The position numbers and the translations under genes are program-made. From Bigelowiella natans CCMP2755 (taxonomy: Eukaryota; Protista; Cercozoa), in assembly GCA_000320545.1 (NCBI GenBank), contig ADNK01001812.1, positions 8,864 to 72,863 of the forward strand: 64,000 nt of DNA, written 5' to 3'. This document shows positions 39,383 to 51,843 of this stretch, in pieces. The notes beneath the pieces were generated by a model. That model was not told where the DNA came from, made no database searches, and worked only from the letters and a program-made list of their open reading frames with translations. The first letter of the stretch is position 1. Each line of letters begins with the position of its first letter.

Positions 39383-40027
39383 ATGCCTGTAACTACCCGT
39401 CGTCGAACAAGGAGCCAGGCCAAGCAGGCCAACGACGGCCAAGATGAGAACAGGGCAAAGAAGCCCAGGATCAATAAGCCTAAGAGACAAGATTCTGAAG
39501 GCTTCGAAGTTCCTTCAGTGTCCCTATTACCTGTTAAAAAGAAGAAAAGGAAGGTTGCCGTACAAGTAGATGATATGAAGATTGAAAGTCTTGACAAAAA
39601 GGTAATGGTGACCAGGCGTACAGATATGATGCCAAATTGTCACTAACGGCCAACATTCCAATCAGGAGGAAGAACAGCATAAAGAATGCAGTGAATTTGA
39701 GGAGAAGGTTGCAAATGACAAAAAAGTCGAGGAGAATGGGGATATAGACGATGAAGAGGTGCCACCATCACTGCATAGGCGACTATCCTGGCGACAGGCA
39801 TCAGTGGGGCTCGAGTACAAAGAATCTTCTAAGTGGGTTTGCGTCTTTACCAAGGTTCTACCAGTGAGAAGGATTAATCAAACATATGTCTCGTCCGTCT
39901 ATAAGAAATATCTCGCAAGGGAGACCACGAAAGAGCTTGAGAAGAAGTATGTAAAAGGTTTTTCTGAAACCTTTAAAATCGAATCGGTCCTTCTGAAGGA
40001 AGAGGTATGCGTAGAGACGCATTACAT

Positions 40028-40074
<47 letters not shown>

Positions 40075-40313
40075 CATATATACACACACATACACACACA
40101 CACACACACACACATATATATTTTAAATTTTTGTAGACTATCTAATCTCTATTTGATTACTATCTACGATCTATCTCTCCTGATCCACGGAAACACACAC
40201 GCAAGCACGTCTGTTGATTATAAACACTCAGAGGCACGAATCCCACTCAGAGTTTCTCTGTACTCTCGTTATAATATTCTATACTTATTAGTAGCACAAT
40301 ACATGCTAACAAC

Positions 40314-40350
<37 letters not shown>

Positions 40351-40578
40351 TATTATAAATATATGTATAAATAAATAATGTGTACATATTAATGTGTGTG
40401 TGTGTGTGTGTCGCTCTCGGTTCCTATCCTTCCCATCACTATATTGTCAATGTTTTCTTTTTTCTCTTCTTTAAAGGTTAGAGATCTACTTGAGTCGGTG
40501 TCAAACGAATGGATAAACAACTTCTCGACGATTATCCTTGATTATTTAGGCGATATGGAGGACTGGTCATACAACAAT

Positions 40579-40625
<47 letters not shown>

Positions 40626-43600
40626 CTATTATAGCTTTATGTTTCTATTTGATTGAGTCAATTGGTCACCTAATTCGTTCAAAATGCAAAACACAAAGGT
40701 GCCACTTGGAACGAGTGAAGCTTTTTCTGAATATGGAAACCCTCACTTCAAGAATTAGGAAATCGGGTACGAGAGGGAAAAGGGAAGGATAATTGGAGAA
40801 GAGGGCGGGAAAACCGGGAGGCAAGGCGGAATTTTTAATATTAGAGGCACTTCTACCAATTTCGAATAAACTGACAATATTACAGCCTATTTATTCCAAT
40901 TTCTCTCTTACTCTTACTTTTGTTACGTGGAAATCCTGTATGCCAAATGGAAAGGTAACTGCCCATATTTAGACAATAGGATGCGGTATATGATCGATGC
41001 CATCCACAAACATACCCCTCGTTTTCCGGATACTGTGTCCGGACTTCGAAAGTACAAAAGGGCCGTCCCGCCTCGATTTGCACTGAGTCTACAAAGCAGC
41101 TCTAAGGCTTCCCAACATCCCTCGAAAAAGGGTTTGGTCAGATCAGGTAAATGAAGAACCAGGGGGAGTTTTCGGTGGGAAGCTTGCCTCACTCGGCGTT
41201 GTGGTGTAACGCGTCAACCTGGAATATTTAGATGTCGCTTCCTAATTGATGCTATTGTATGATGGGTATCATCACCAACATTGTTACGATTTTATTTCAT
41301 GAGTCAATGCATGAGTCAATGCATAAGTCAGTGTGGATTCCAATTTTAGGCGCTGCAATCAAAAAAATGCTGCGGAGGCAGACCTCAGAAGGATGGGAGC
41401 AGCATAGTGCTTCGGTGGACACTGAGAAAATCCTTTCTAGAACCCTCAAACCGTCTAAACCGCTGCATTATTACCAGAAGCGAACACTTATGTGGGCTCG
41501 CAGTCTCGAGGCAGAAGTACGTATAAAAACTAAACTGTTGGAGCAATGAGCAATCACATTCCTTCTGGTTTCCCTCGTAGATTCGTATGATTTTGTCTAT
41601 TTTTAGTCTACTGTCCAGTACAATAATGTATTTTTTGGCGCTATGCTACACGTTTGTTTTGATTTCATGTTTCGTGTGGTTATGTGTGTGTTTGTGTGTG
41701 TGTGTGTGTGTGTTTGGCTCAATACTTAAGGTACGCTCTGGCGTGAAATATCGGATTCCACTGAAATATTTCCAGCCTGAAGAGGGAGAGGCTCTTCCTG
41801 TTGGTTTTGATCCTATAAACCAACGACTATTTTTGGAACAGGATTCCAATTATAAGAGACCGCTCCACTTCTCATTCAAAGGGGGAGTTATTGCCAATGA
41901 AAGTAATGTCCTCAAAGATTTATTTATGAAGTCACTATTTCTTTGGATCTCATTTGCGATGATCAGAGTAGATAATATGAAAATCATTTGTTCTTATTAT
42001 GGTATTCACTTGGAATTATAATAGTGGGACTTGGCAAGACTCTTTCCTGCATTGCTTTAGTTCTGACAGATCGGGGTATAATATCGCATACACCTGCAAA
42101 TTGTTTTTACAAATATGATAGTGAGAAAGTTAAAGAAAACATTTTCTTCTAAAGCTTGTTCTATGTATATTCTTAGACTATTCTATTCTTGAGAAGGGCG
42201 ATGAGAAACAAGCGGACTGCTACGAGATTTCTGGAACAGGCAATCCAATAATAGACGGAATCTACATGAAGGGTGAGAATGGGGAGAGGAAGGATTGCTA
42301 TACGAAGTTTACACTTCGGGGGAAGGAGCTTACGGGGCAAATGAGATTGCTTAAAGATATTGCAATGGGAAGCTGGATGATTAAGGATGCCGACAAACCA
42401 CAATACAAGCGCGAAAACAGTTTTCCTCAGCGTGGATTAAGGTAAGATTTCGGTGACTTGCGTCTGCATACGCATGTAAATTGTGCCCGGCAATCGTTTT
42501 TTTAGATGTACGAATTGACTCTTATTTTTTCATGTACGACACAATGCAGTTACGTGAACTTTGGCGTGAAATATGGAGATGTGGATGACATTATTAAGCT
42601 CAATGGCAAGAAATGTTCCGTAATCAAACATAAAAGAGTACAAAGATCCCGTCGAGCTGGGGTACACTTTGAGGAGGATGGTTCCGAAAAGAAAACTATG
42701 AAAATCAAGAGGCTTTCCCCCACTAAGTTTTCTCTACGCGAGGGTCGCACGCTTACTAATGCTACGCTAGTCATTTGCCCCTCTCACCTTGCTAAGCAAT
42801 GGAAGCAAGAAGTAACTGCATTTCTGCATCCAGGCTTGAAGAAGAGCATCAAGGTCACTTCTAAGAGGCAATCGTTTTTCTAAGTGTTGCTGTAGCAAAA
42901 CGCATACCATCAGCTTTCCCCTGATTGTCATTATTCTGAATACATTTTCGTTTGACGCGCACACAGGTGCATGTAGTGACGACGATGCCCCAGCTTGCGA
43001 AGTTAAACTTCGACGCAATCCGAGAGGCAGACATGATTGTGGTCTCTATCCAACTATTTTTAAACCCAACCTATCAAAAATTATCCCTCACCCATCTGGT
43101 CGACACGATGGAGCATCGGAATGGAGTTTACGACTATTTGGCCAGGCTTCAGCAGCACCCTGTAATTGAGGCGTTCTTCTGGAAAAGAATCATCCTGGAT
43201 GAAGGCCATGAGATCTTCGCTAAAGCGATTATGAACCAGAAAACACCCGTTATGGACGTATGTCATAATCCTCTCCACTTTTAATTTTTGAGAGCAATTT
43301 GAGAGCAAGATCGGTGCCCATACTCCTCTCCACTTTACATTTTTGAGAGCAAGATGGGTGCCGAAGTAAATCCGGACGGTTTTCGAGATTGATGTTTCGA
43401 TTTTGTCTCCGATAATGGGGTTTTATCGCATACGCTAAAGTGAATAATTTTTTTGGGATTAGTGCTAACTAATCTTAGTCGTGAGAGTACGTTACCGACA
43501 TGATTCATTTGGTTTTGATCCCAACAACATTGCTGAAGGTAATGATGGCAATAAAGTCGGAAACTCGTTGGTATGTCAGTGGGACGCCATTTCCAGGTGC

Positions 43601-45589
43601 AGCTTCATAGTGTTTCCAAAAATTATTTTATAATTTTTCGATACACCGCATATTATGCATTCTAGTAGTCAACTACACGTCAACTTATGCAAAGCTGGCA
43701 TCTTGACCATAACTCTTGGCGATTGATTCTTTGTTTTGGTCGCTGGGTAGACAATGATCTGACCCCTCGTGGCGCTCTACGTTTCCTCCGTGTGAAGATC
43801 GACGGCGTAGAGGTTCTGGAGCAAGAGGCGCGTGATGTTATTTCTGACATTTCGCTCATGGGATATAAACAGCGATTACAGAACTATAGCAGACGTATGC
43901 ACGTAAATCCAGGATATGGATATAATCTAATGCTCTTTTGGACGCGTATCGGTTCATTTCTTGACCATATGCTCTACTCAAGAATGTATTGCCGCTACAC
44001 GACCTCGTTCGTGAAAGGCGTCTACAAAGTGCCCGACTACGACACGGAGATTGTCAGGCTGGCCATGCACCCGTATGAGCGCGTTCTATACGAAGACGAG
44101 GCTATGCAGATCGACCGCTCTCGAGATACAATGCGTCAGTTGTGCGCGCACCCAGCCGTGAGCTGTGTAAATGCGCCGCGATATATCAGGAGAGGAAGAG
44201 GACATAAGGTTCGGGAACAAATCAATTTGGATATTAGTTTGTATCTACGACAGCAAGCGTCTCGACTAGGAAATCAGCATCGAATGATAGTTGAAGAAAT
44301 CAACTCCATTCGCAGAGGTGAGGATGCAACTGGTTACTCTATGGCTAGCAGTAGAAGAAGTCGGGGCGACACCGAAATTCTGCTCAGGCGTTATGTGTAT
44401 TATGAAAATACCCTTTATCCTCGTATGAGGCTCATTTTTAACCTGATGCGCGACGAGAAGCTCAAAGGAGTTAACGATAGTTTTTCTGGTTTTCCCATGG
44501 AGGAGCCGAGCCACTACGCACACATCATCCGATTCATCAAGGCGAAGGCGGCAATGGAAAAACGCCTCAACCTCCAATTGTCCTTCAGGGAGGCCATCCA
44601 GTTGCGAAAAGAAGAGCGCAAGGAAAAATCCGATCGAGATCTCACCTGGGCACAGGCGCATGAAGATGCCAAGATCACAGAAACTCTCAAGCAGTCGGTC
44701 GCCTCTCACAGAGCGCAAGGGACAAGAAGTATTTACCAGTCGAGTCACTGGGGTGGATATCGCTCCTCGTTTCTACAGAATGCGATAACGGACAACTATG
44801 AGGAAATCGAGGACGATGCGCTGCCTCCGCACTACAGCGCTAAGGACTTCGAATTACCGGCTGTCGCACCGCATATGACCGAAGATGCTGTCACAAAAAA
44901 TGGGTCCAAGATCACGTATGTAGTATCACGTCTTAAGCAGCTCTTGGAGGAAGGTGCGCGTGTCATTTTATTCTCGCAATGGCAACGGCTCTTCCAGGGC
45001 CTGCAGCAGGTATTGGATGATGAGGAGATCAAATACGTGCTAGTTCGGGGCAATGTGCATGTGAGGACTGGTGCGATCAGAAAGTTCAATACAGACCCGG
45101 ATGTCAAAGTCATAATGTTGTCGCTCGACAGCTCTGCGTCTGGTGCGAATTTACAGAAAGCTTCGCATGTGATACTTCTCGACCCTCCTGCAGGTACTAG
45201 CAGCCAGTTCGTCAGAAGGGCGGTGTATTCATTGCCTTCACGATTTCCCCATTCTATTTAGAATCAAAATATACTTTAATTCACCCCAAATATAATTTCA
45301 TTCAAATCGAAGCGTATTTTATACAAGCCGAACATGCATTGATAACAAAAAATGCAGGAATCGTCAAGAGTCTTGCCATGAGAGATTTGTTGTGAATTTC
45401 TCGTTGTCTGTTCCAATACAAATAGGAACGAAGGAAGAGGCGGATGCTATTGAAGCGCAAGCCATTGGAAGGGCCCATCGCCAAGGACAGGACAAGAAGC
45501 TCAATGTCATTCGAATTGTCATGCGTGATTCCATTGAGGAGGAACTTCTGCAACGTAAGGAGGAAACCATAGAATGGATGCAAAGTTAA
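39383..45589 (+). CDS. SNF2-family (RAD5/16-like, RING-less) ATPase, copy B, apparently intact
   Basis: Seen: multi-exon MPVTTRRR... with LHYYQKRTLMW, GGVIANE|MGLGKTLSC, ATLVICPSHLAKQWKQEV, RIILDEGHEI, RWYVSGTPFP, RQLCAHP, GSKI, VILFSQW, ASGANLQKASHVILLDP, EAQAIGRAHRQGQ; TAA at 45587-45589. Confidence 0.88.
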
Positions 45590-45789
45590 GAGCACACTCT
45601 AGTACTCAGATACGCTGCATGTAAGCGGAAATGTATGCACCTAGACATGCGTCGTCATGCAAAACTGTGGCTTACTTGTTATTTATCCCAACTGTCGTCG
45701 CAAGTATATCTAAATGAATTTTGAAAACATCCTGGCGCCTGTTCTATCTGACGCATCGGCAATATAAGTTGATTTCTCGATTTGACCAG

Positions 45790-46940
45790 ATGGATGCGAG
45801 CATGCTAGCTTAGCTAGCATGGCGATATCTCATCTGCCTAGTCAACACTTACGATAGACACAAAAAATGCTAGCTTGCTATCATGGCTCGACACGGCACT
45901 GCGATCAGAGCATGCTAGCGCATGCATGCGTGCTAGCTTGGCTAGCTAGCTAGTTGGGTGTCTCGAGGTTTGCTTTGAAGCTTCTAGACTTCCTAGCTCT
46001 AGAGCTTCTTGTAGTTATCCACTTGCATTATGAGTAAGCGAGTACAAATATGCTAGCTAGCTAGCGCTAGCATGCTGGCATGCACACAGCAATTGTGCAA
46101 ACGCGTGCAAACGCATATACTAGCTAGCTAGCTAGCTAAAAATATACACTAGCATGTACGTGCGCAACTCCAACTCCCTCAACACAAACGCACGTCACAA
46201 AAGCTAGCAAGGCTAGCTAGCTAGAAAGATGCGAGCATTCTGGCTAGATTTCATCTAGTTGTGCAGGCATGCCTAACCAAGATGCCCTACGACACTAGCG
46301 TAGCTTCCGGTAAAGCAAAAGCTACGTGAAATTGATCTTGCTAGGCTAGTAGGTTGTGCTAGTGTGACATGCACATGCCCACGCTAGCACACGCTGCTTA
46401 CTAGCTAAGCATAAACAGCTAGACAGGTCATTGCTAGCATTGCTAGATTGGTAGCTGCATGATCAAGTAAAAACAGAATGCCTAGATGAACTGAGACTCG
46501 CTAGCTCGCCAGCTCGCATGTGTCTCTCACTAGCTCGTTATGTTAGGCCAATATTTATTAGACGTGCATTTGTGAGTCTAGCTAGACGTAAACCCATCCA
46601 TGCTACCATACACGTAAAGTTAATACACACAAGCTAGCAAGATGTGTGTAAGATGTACGTGTGCCAGCTTGTTAGCTATAGCTAGCGTGTCAAGCAAAAT
46701 TCAACATAATCCAAGCTAGCGAGACTACAGTAGACAATTGATTGAGTGTTAGCGTGGCATTGCGATATTATCGTGCAGTCTAGCAGGATGAAAGTGCATT
46801 AGAATTGCTAGATTGGTCGCGCGTAACTAGCGTAATGATGAATGAAACGACCGATGATCGTCTCGATCTTTGCTGCGACCTTTTAAACAACTAGACGATG
46901 TCATCGTCATCGTAGCAGGTACGCCTATATCTAGACAGCG
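45790..46940. other. Extremely CTAG-rich intergenic spacer between convergent 3' ends
   Basis: Seen: about 45-50 CTAG in ~1.15 kb by manual count (about 4-5 expected), e.g. tgctagctagctagcgctagcatgc; no ORF of 60 aa or more. Confidence 0.9.
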
Positions 46941-47128
46941 CGTGTTCGTATTTGTCCGGCGAGCTTCATGCTCGAAGATTTATTAATCAAACTTGTTTTT
47001 CGACGTAGCAAATAGACTTCGCTTCAATATTAAATAGGCAAAATAATCATGCTCTTTTGTACTTCGCTTTAACATTAAATGGGCAAAAAAATCATGTTCT
47101 TTTGTGCGTCTAATCTACTTAGAACACA

Positions 47129-48179
47129 TCATCTCCCTCCTCCTCCTTTACTACTCCTTGTTCTCCGGCGAAGTGCCCTCCTTCTTCTCTTCGAGGATGC
47201 CTCCTTCTGCGCAGCTTCTACATTTTTCGCCTCTTCCAAATTGTCGTCATTATCTGTACAAACGCAACATTAAACTTGAAGCCTTGTATGTGCTGTGCGA
47301 TTCCAATGGTACTACAGTTGCGGTAAATTTTAAATAAAAATAGAAATGAACAGACTTAAAAAAAAATAAAAAAAGAATAAAAACTTGTTTTCCCACACAC
47401 AATGGACAAGGGAAAACTACGCCTGCATGGCGAAAATGCGCGTTGTCTGCACGTCACAATCTCTTCGTAACTAGACAACGTCACCGATTTCAATCAAATA
47501 TCTTCCATGGTCCACACGTCCACCAGAGAGAACGTAATCCACGATATAATCCGAACGCAAAAATGCCGCCTGAGGACGAGAAAAACAGTCGTGTTTAGAA
47601 GACTTGCCTCGCCCAAAACTCACCGCTCCCCCTTTCTATTTCCCGCACTCGCAGCTACAGCACGGTGAGTATTCGTTACTATGTACGATGCCTTCAATAA
47701 CACACACCTTGCTTGACCGAATCATATCCACTTCAAAACCCCTGTCAACCATATCCAAGTGGTGAGCAAGCTGCTTCCGCGAAGGCGGCGGGAAGCCAAA
47801 GATTTGAGATAGGAAGAGAAAACGTTCCGAACAGAATAGAAAACACCCCATGAGGTGAAGGGAAGGGGCGAGTTGGAAAAATAGACGGAGGAGGAGGAGA
47901 GAAAGAGCAGAAGTAAAGGCAATAGCCCACATCCAGACACACCAAAAGATTATAATGTATATTTACGCAGCTTACATGATTTGCCTTGCGACACTTCGCT
48001 GCGAGTAGGATTCCGAGATGAGTACATAGTGTGTCATTCGCTCGCTCGCTTCTTCGAGAATCGTTGCGCCGCCTACAGTGACATAAATTATTTTATTAAG
48101 ATCCTATGAATGTGCGAAGGTGCTGCGCGCTTGTGTATGTTTGTTTTTATGTTTATTCGTGCGAGCCAACGCCCTTTTG

Positions 48180-48229
<50 letters not shown>

Positions 48230-48408
48230 GTTGTGTGTGTGTGTGTGTGTATGTGTGTGTGCGTTTGTAAAATATCAAGTAGAAGCCATACCCTGCTGCA
48301 AAATAGCTCGCAGAAACGAAGTCTTATCCGATTTCTTAGCCGAAAATAGGTAAACCATCCAACCCTCAAATGGAGCAACCTATTACGTTGACATTACGTA
48401 AAAATATG

Positions 48409-48449
<41 letters not shown>

Positions 48450-48500
48450 GATAATCATTTGAGCGCCAAACAACAAAACTGCAGGATTTCAACACTCCTC

Positions 48501-48532
<32 letters not shown>

Positions 48533-49054
48533 GTCATCGTCGTCGTCATCGTCGTTGTCATCGTCATCATCATCCTCGAGAGAATCTAAATCTAACCCTT
48601 GGCGCCTCCTCGCTGCCCTTCCACTTCTTGACCGCCTTCGTATTTATTGAACATAATCTATTCTGAGAGACAGCAAGGAACGAGCTACGGCTCCGCCAGC
48701 ATTACTAACGTCGATCGATCTCCACGCCAAAACAAAGAAGATCGAAGCACTATAGGCCTCAAACACTCATAGAATACCGCTGATATGCTATATATTAACT
48801 ATTAACAATCATAAGCTTGGAATCACAAAACGCAGGCCGCGCTGAAGCTGCTGATAGGAGCGAGCAAAATCGAGAGAAACGAGCTGGTGGCTACCGAGAT
48901 GATGGTTTGCTGAGAGACGCTAGCAGCCTCTGCTGTCGTCCATTCAAAAGGCCGCATATCCAGAACTAGGTGATTCGTTTTTCTGTTTCGTTTGAAGGCA
49001 AAGGAAGGACAGCGTAATGACAATGAAAGACTTTGCCATACATATATCTTCATA

Positions 49055-49096
<42 letters not shown>

Positions 49097-49347
49097 TCAA
49101 TTATTTCTGTGCTTGTTGTGTATGTGTCGCTGTGTGATGTGTATTTTGCGTGTGTGTGCGCGCGCGCTCTGTCGTCGCTTCTCCTACTTGTTGTGCTAGA
49201 AAGAACTACTTGTTTACCTGCATTCAACTAGGAATTCGCTGGTAAGAATGGGCACATCAGGAGTCACCATCGCCAGCACTACAGGAAGCGACCGCCCAAG
49301 CTTCTTCGCAACGAAATGCGTCCAGCCTCCTATGAGAGGGGTAGAGG

Positions 49348-49378
<31 letters not shown>

Positions 49379-51333
49379 GTGTCAAAGAGCTATTATTGTC
49401 CCCCCCCCCCCCCCCTCCACAGCAATTTTGGATTGGAGATTTGTAATTGAATCATAGAGCATGCAGCAGAGCCAAACACTATGGATCGTCAAAAGGAATC
49501 TGACGAAATCGATCGCTCCCGACGACTTATTTGATAGCCTTTCTCGCAACACGGAAAGCCAAACGGCGGCGCCGCCGCCGCCGCGGAGAAAAGGGTAGCG
49601 CGAGTCTTTCCCCTCAATCACCCTCAAGATGAAACGTATGCATACATACATTGCTAATCCCAACCCTCCATCAAACACACCTTCAGCAATCTTGTGCTTG
49701 CCAGTCACAACAACGGCTCCTAGCTCTCCCTCGAGCAGCTGCCGAGCGTTTTTCACATCATCGTCATCCTCCTCACCCCCCCCCCCGCTTTCGGTAGCAC
49801 CCTCCTCCCCAAAGCCGTAGAGAGCAAAAACCTTTCCTTTGCCCCGAGCTTTCCTTTCCCTTTCTCTCTTCTCCATCATCAGCTTCTTCCGGCGTGTGGC
49901 CTTTTTCGAGGGTTTCCGAGCTCCGCCCCCTCCACCCAGTCCCCCCCCCCTCTCGCCGTAGTAGTCTTCGGCCTCGTTGTCGGTATGGCCTGCGTTTATG
50001 GCGCCATCGAGGGATGGGTAAGGCTGGGATTGCGAGTGATGCGTTGCGTATTCGCGGTCGTATTCATCCTCTTCATCCACGTCAGCTGCGAGGCCAGCGC
50101 TCCCCACCAATCCCGTGCTGCTTCCTATCGAGTCCGAAGACGAGGTCAAGGCAGGGACGGGAGAGGGGGGAGGAGGGGGAGGGGAGGTAGGATTTAGGCA
50201 ATGAATGAGACGAACGCAAACAACTAATCTTCGGCATGCCCTCTTCGTCTACAAAAACAGCATCAATCGTGTATTTCTTAACGATGGGCTGCTTGCAAGT
50301 GACCGCTCTCCCCCAATCACAAACATCCACTTTCACCAATACAAACGCTGCTACCACAAACACTTCTTCTCCTTCTCCTCCTCCTTCTTCTTCTTCTTTT
50401 TCCATCCTCACCCAGATCGAAGTCCAGCCCAGTGCTGTTGTCCTCCTCGTCAATCTCCTTCCAAGTCTTGAAGCGTTTGCGGCGCGTGACCCTCGCCCCA
50501 CCCGCTCTCTTCTTGCTTCGGGCAGGGACGAAATTGCTGGCACCGTTGTCCGGCTGCTCTACTGCCTCAGAAGACATGGAATTTGTTGTGGTCACTGGCG
50601 TTGGGGAGAGGGGGCTGCGGAGCGGGCGACGTCGGCGATTGGTTGCCGTGCTGCTCGCAGCTAGCTTTGCCTTCACTTGCGTAGTGGTGGTGGTGGTGGT
50701 GGTAGCAGCTTGGGACTCCGCAGGTGTATTCCCCGGCTGTTTCTTGCCTATTGTCAGCAGCTTTGAGTGCTGGTGCTGGTGCTGCTGATGCTGCTCGCCA
50801 AGGAGAAAGCAGAACCGCTCAGGAACCCTTTTCTATAGGTCATGATTGGTCGGGAGGAGAGGAGGGAGGGGGGGGGGGGGGGGGTGAGATGAGCTTCTGA
50901 GGATGGGGCACGATGCATTGTTGCCAAAACAGAAAAGCATGGTCATTTCGATTTTGGTTCTCTTGGGAGCTGCTACTTCTACTCCTCTCAAAAACTGCCC
51001 CACGACGGCATGCCTACCAAACGGTTTGCTTCAACGCAGCGCATTGCCCAGGAGACGCTCGCCTAATGTTGGAAGACGAGGTAGAAAAAGGAGGAGGCAA
51101 AGAGCATCAATTGCGCCGATGTTTAACAGAGCGAGGCGAGTACTTAGACATCGAATCCAGTCTCGATCACACGGACAACGATACATGTCGAGCATGATCT
51201 ACTGAGAACATTGGCCACGTTCGTATTTATGCATGTATATACTTATCAGTAGTCACTGACCACGACGATGTCCTCCCTAGCGTTTTCTTTTCCGCCTATG
51301 GATATAGATAATGTTAGGATATATATATTAATA

Positions 51334-51374
<41 letters not shown>

Positions 51375-51801
51375 TCCAATACACATCATCATCGTCCTTG
51401 TTTGTTTGTTTGTGCTCAACCTGCCGACACCTCCCTGAATGCTTCCTGCCTTGCTGCTGCATCATCGCCCCCCCCGTCCACCCCACGGCTCTTGTTAAAA
51501 GCGCTCCCTAAAAAACAATGGCCATCAGCATGCTCGACTTCACATTCCCCCCCGATGCTTTGCCTTCTATTACCGACGAGGAGGTGCGTGACGGATGCAG
51601 TCATCTTTGGCACGATTTGGCCTGGAAAAATACCGAAGGCAAGGCAAAACCACGATGTTACCACGGAAGAAAATATATGAGACGTTTCTGAGGAGAGGCT
51701 AGTGTTGCGAGAATAGTTTCATTTCTAGGTTTTTACTACTTTCTCCAAAGCGAACAAAGGAAATACCTCCTCTCTCACTCACTCTCTCTTTCACTCTCTC
51801 T

Positions 51802-51843
<42 letters not shown>

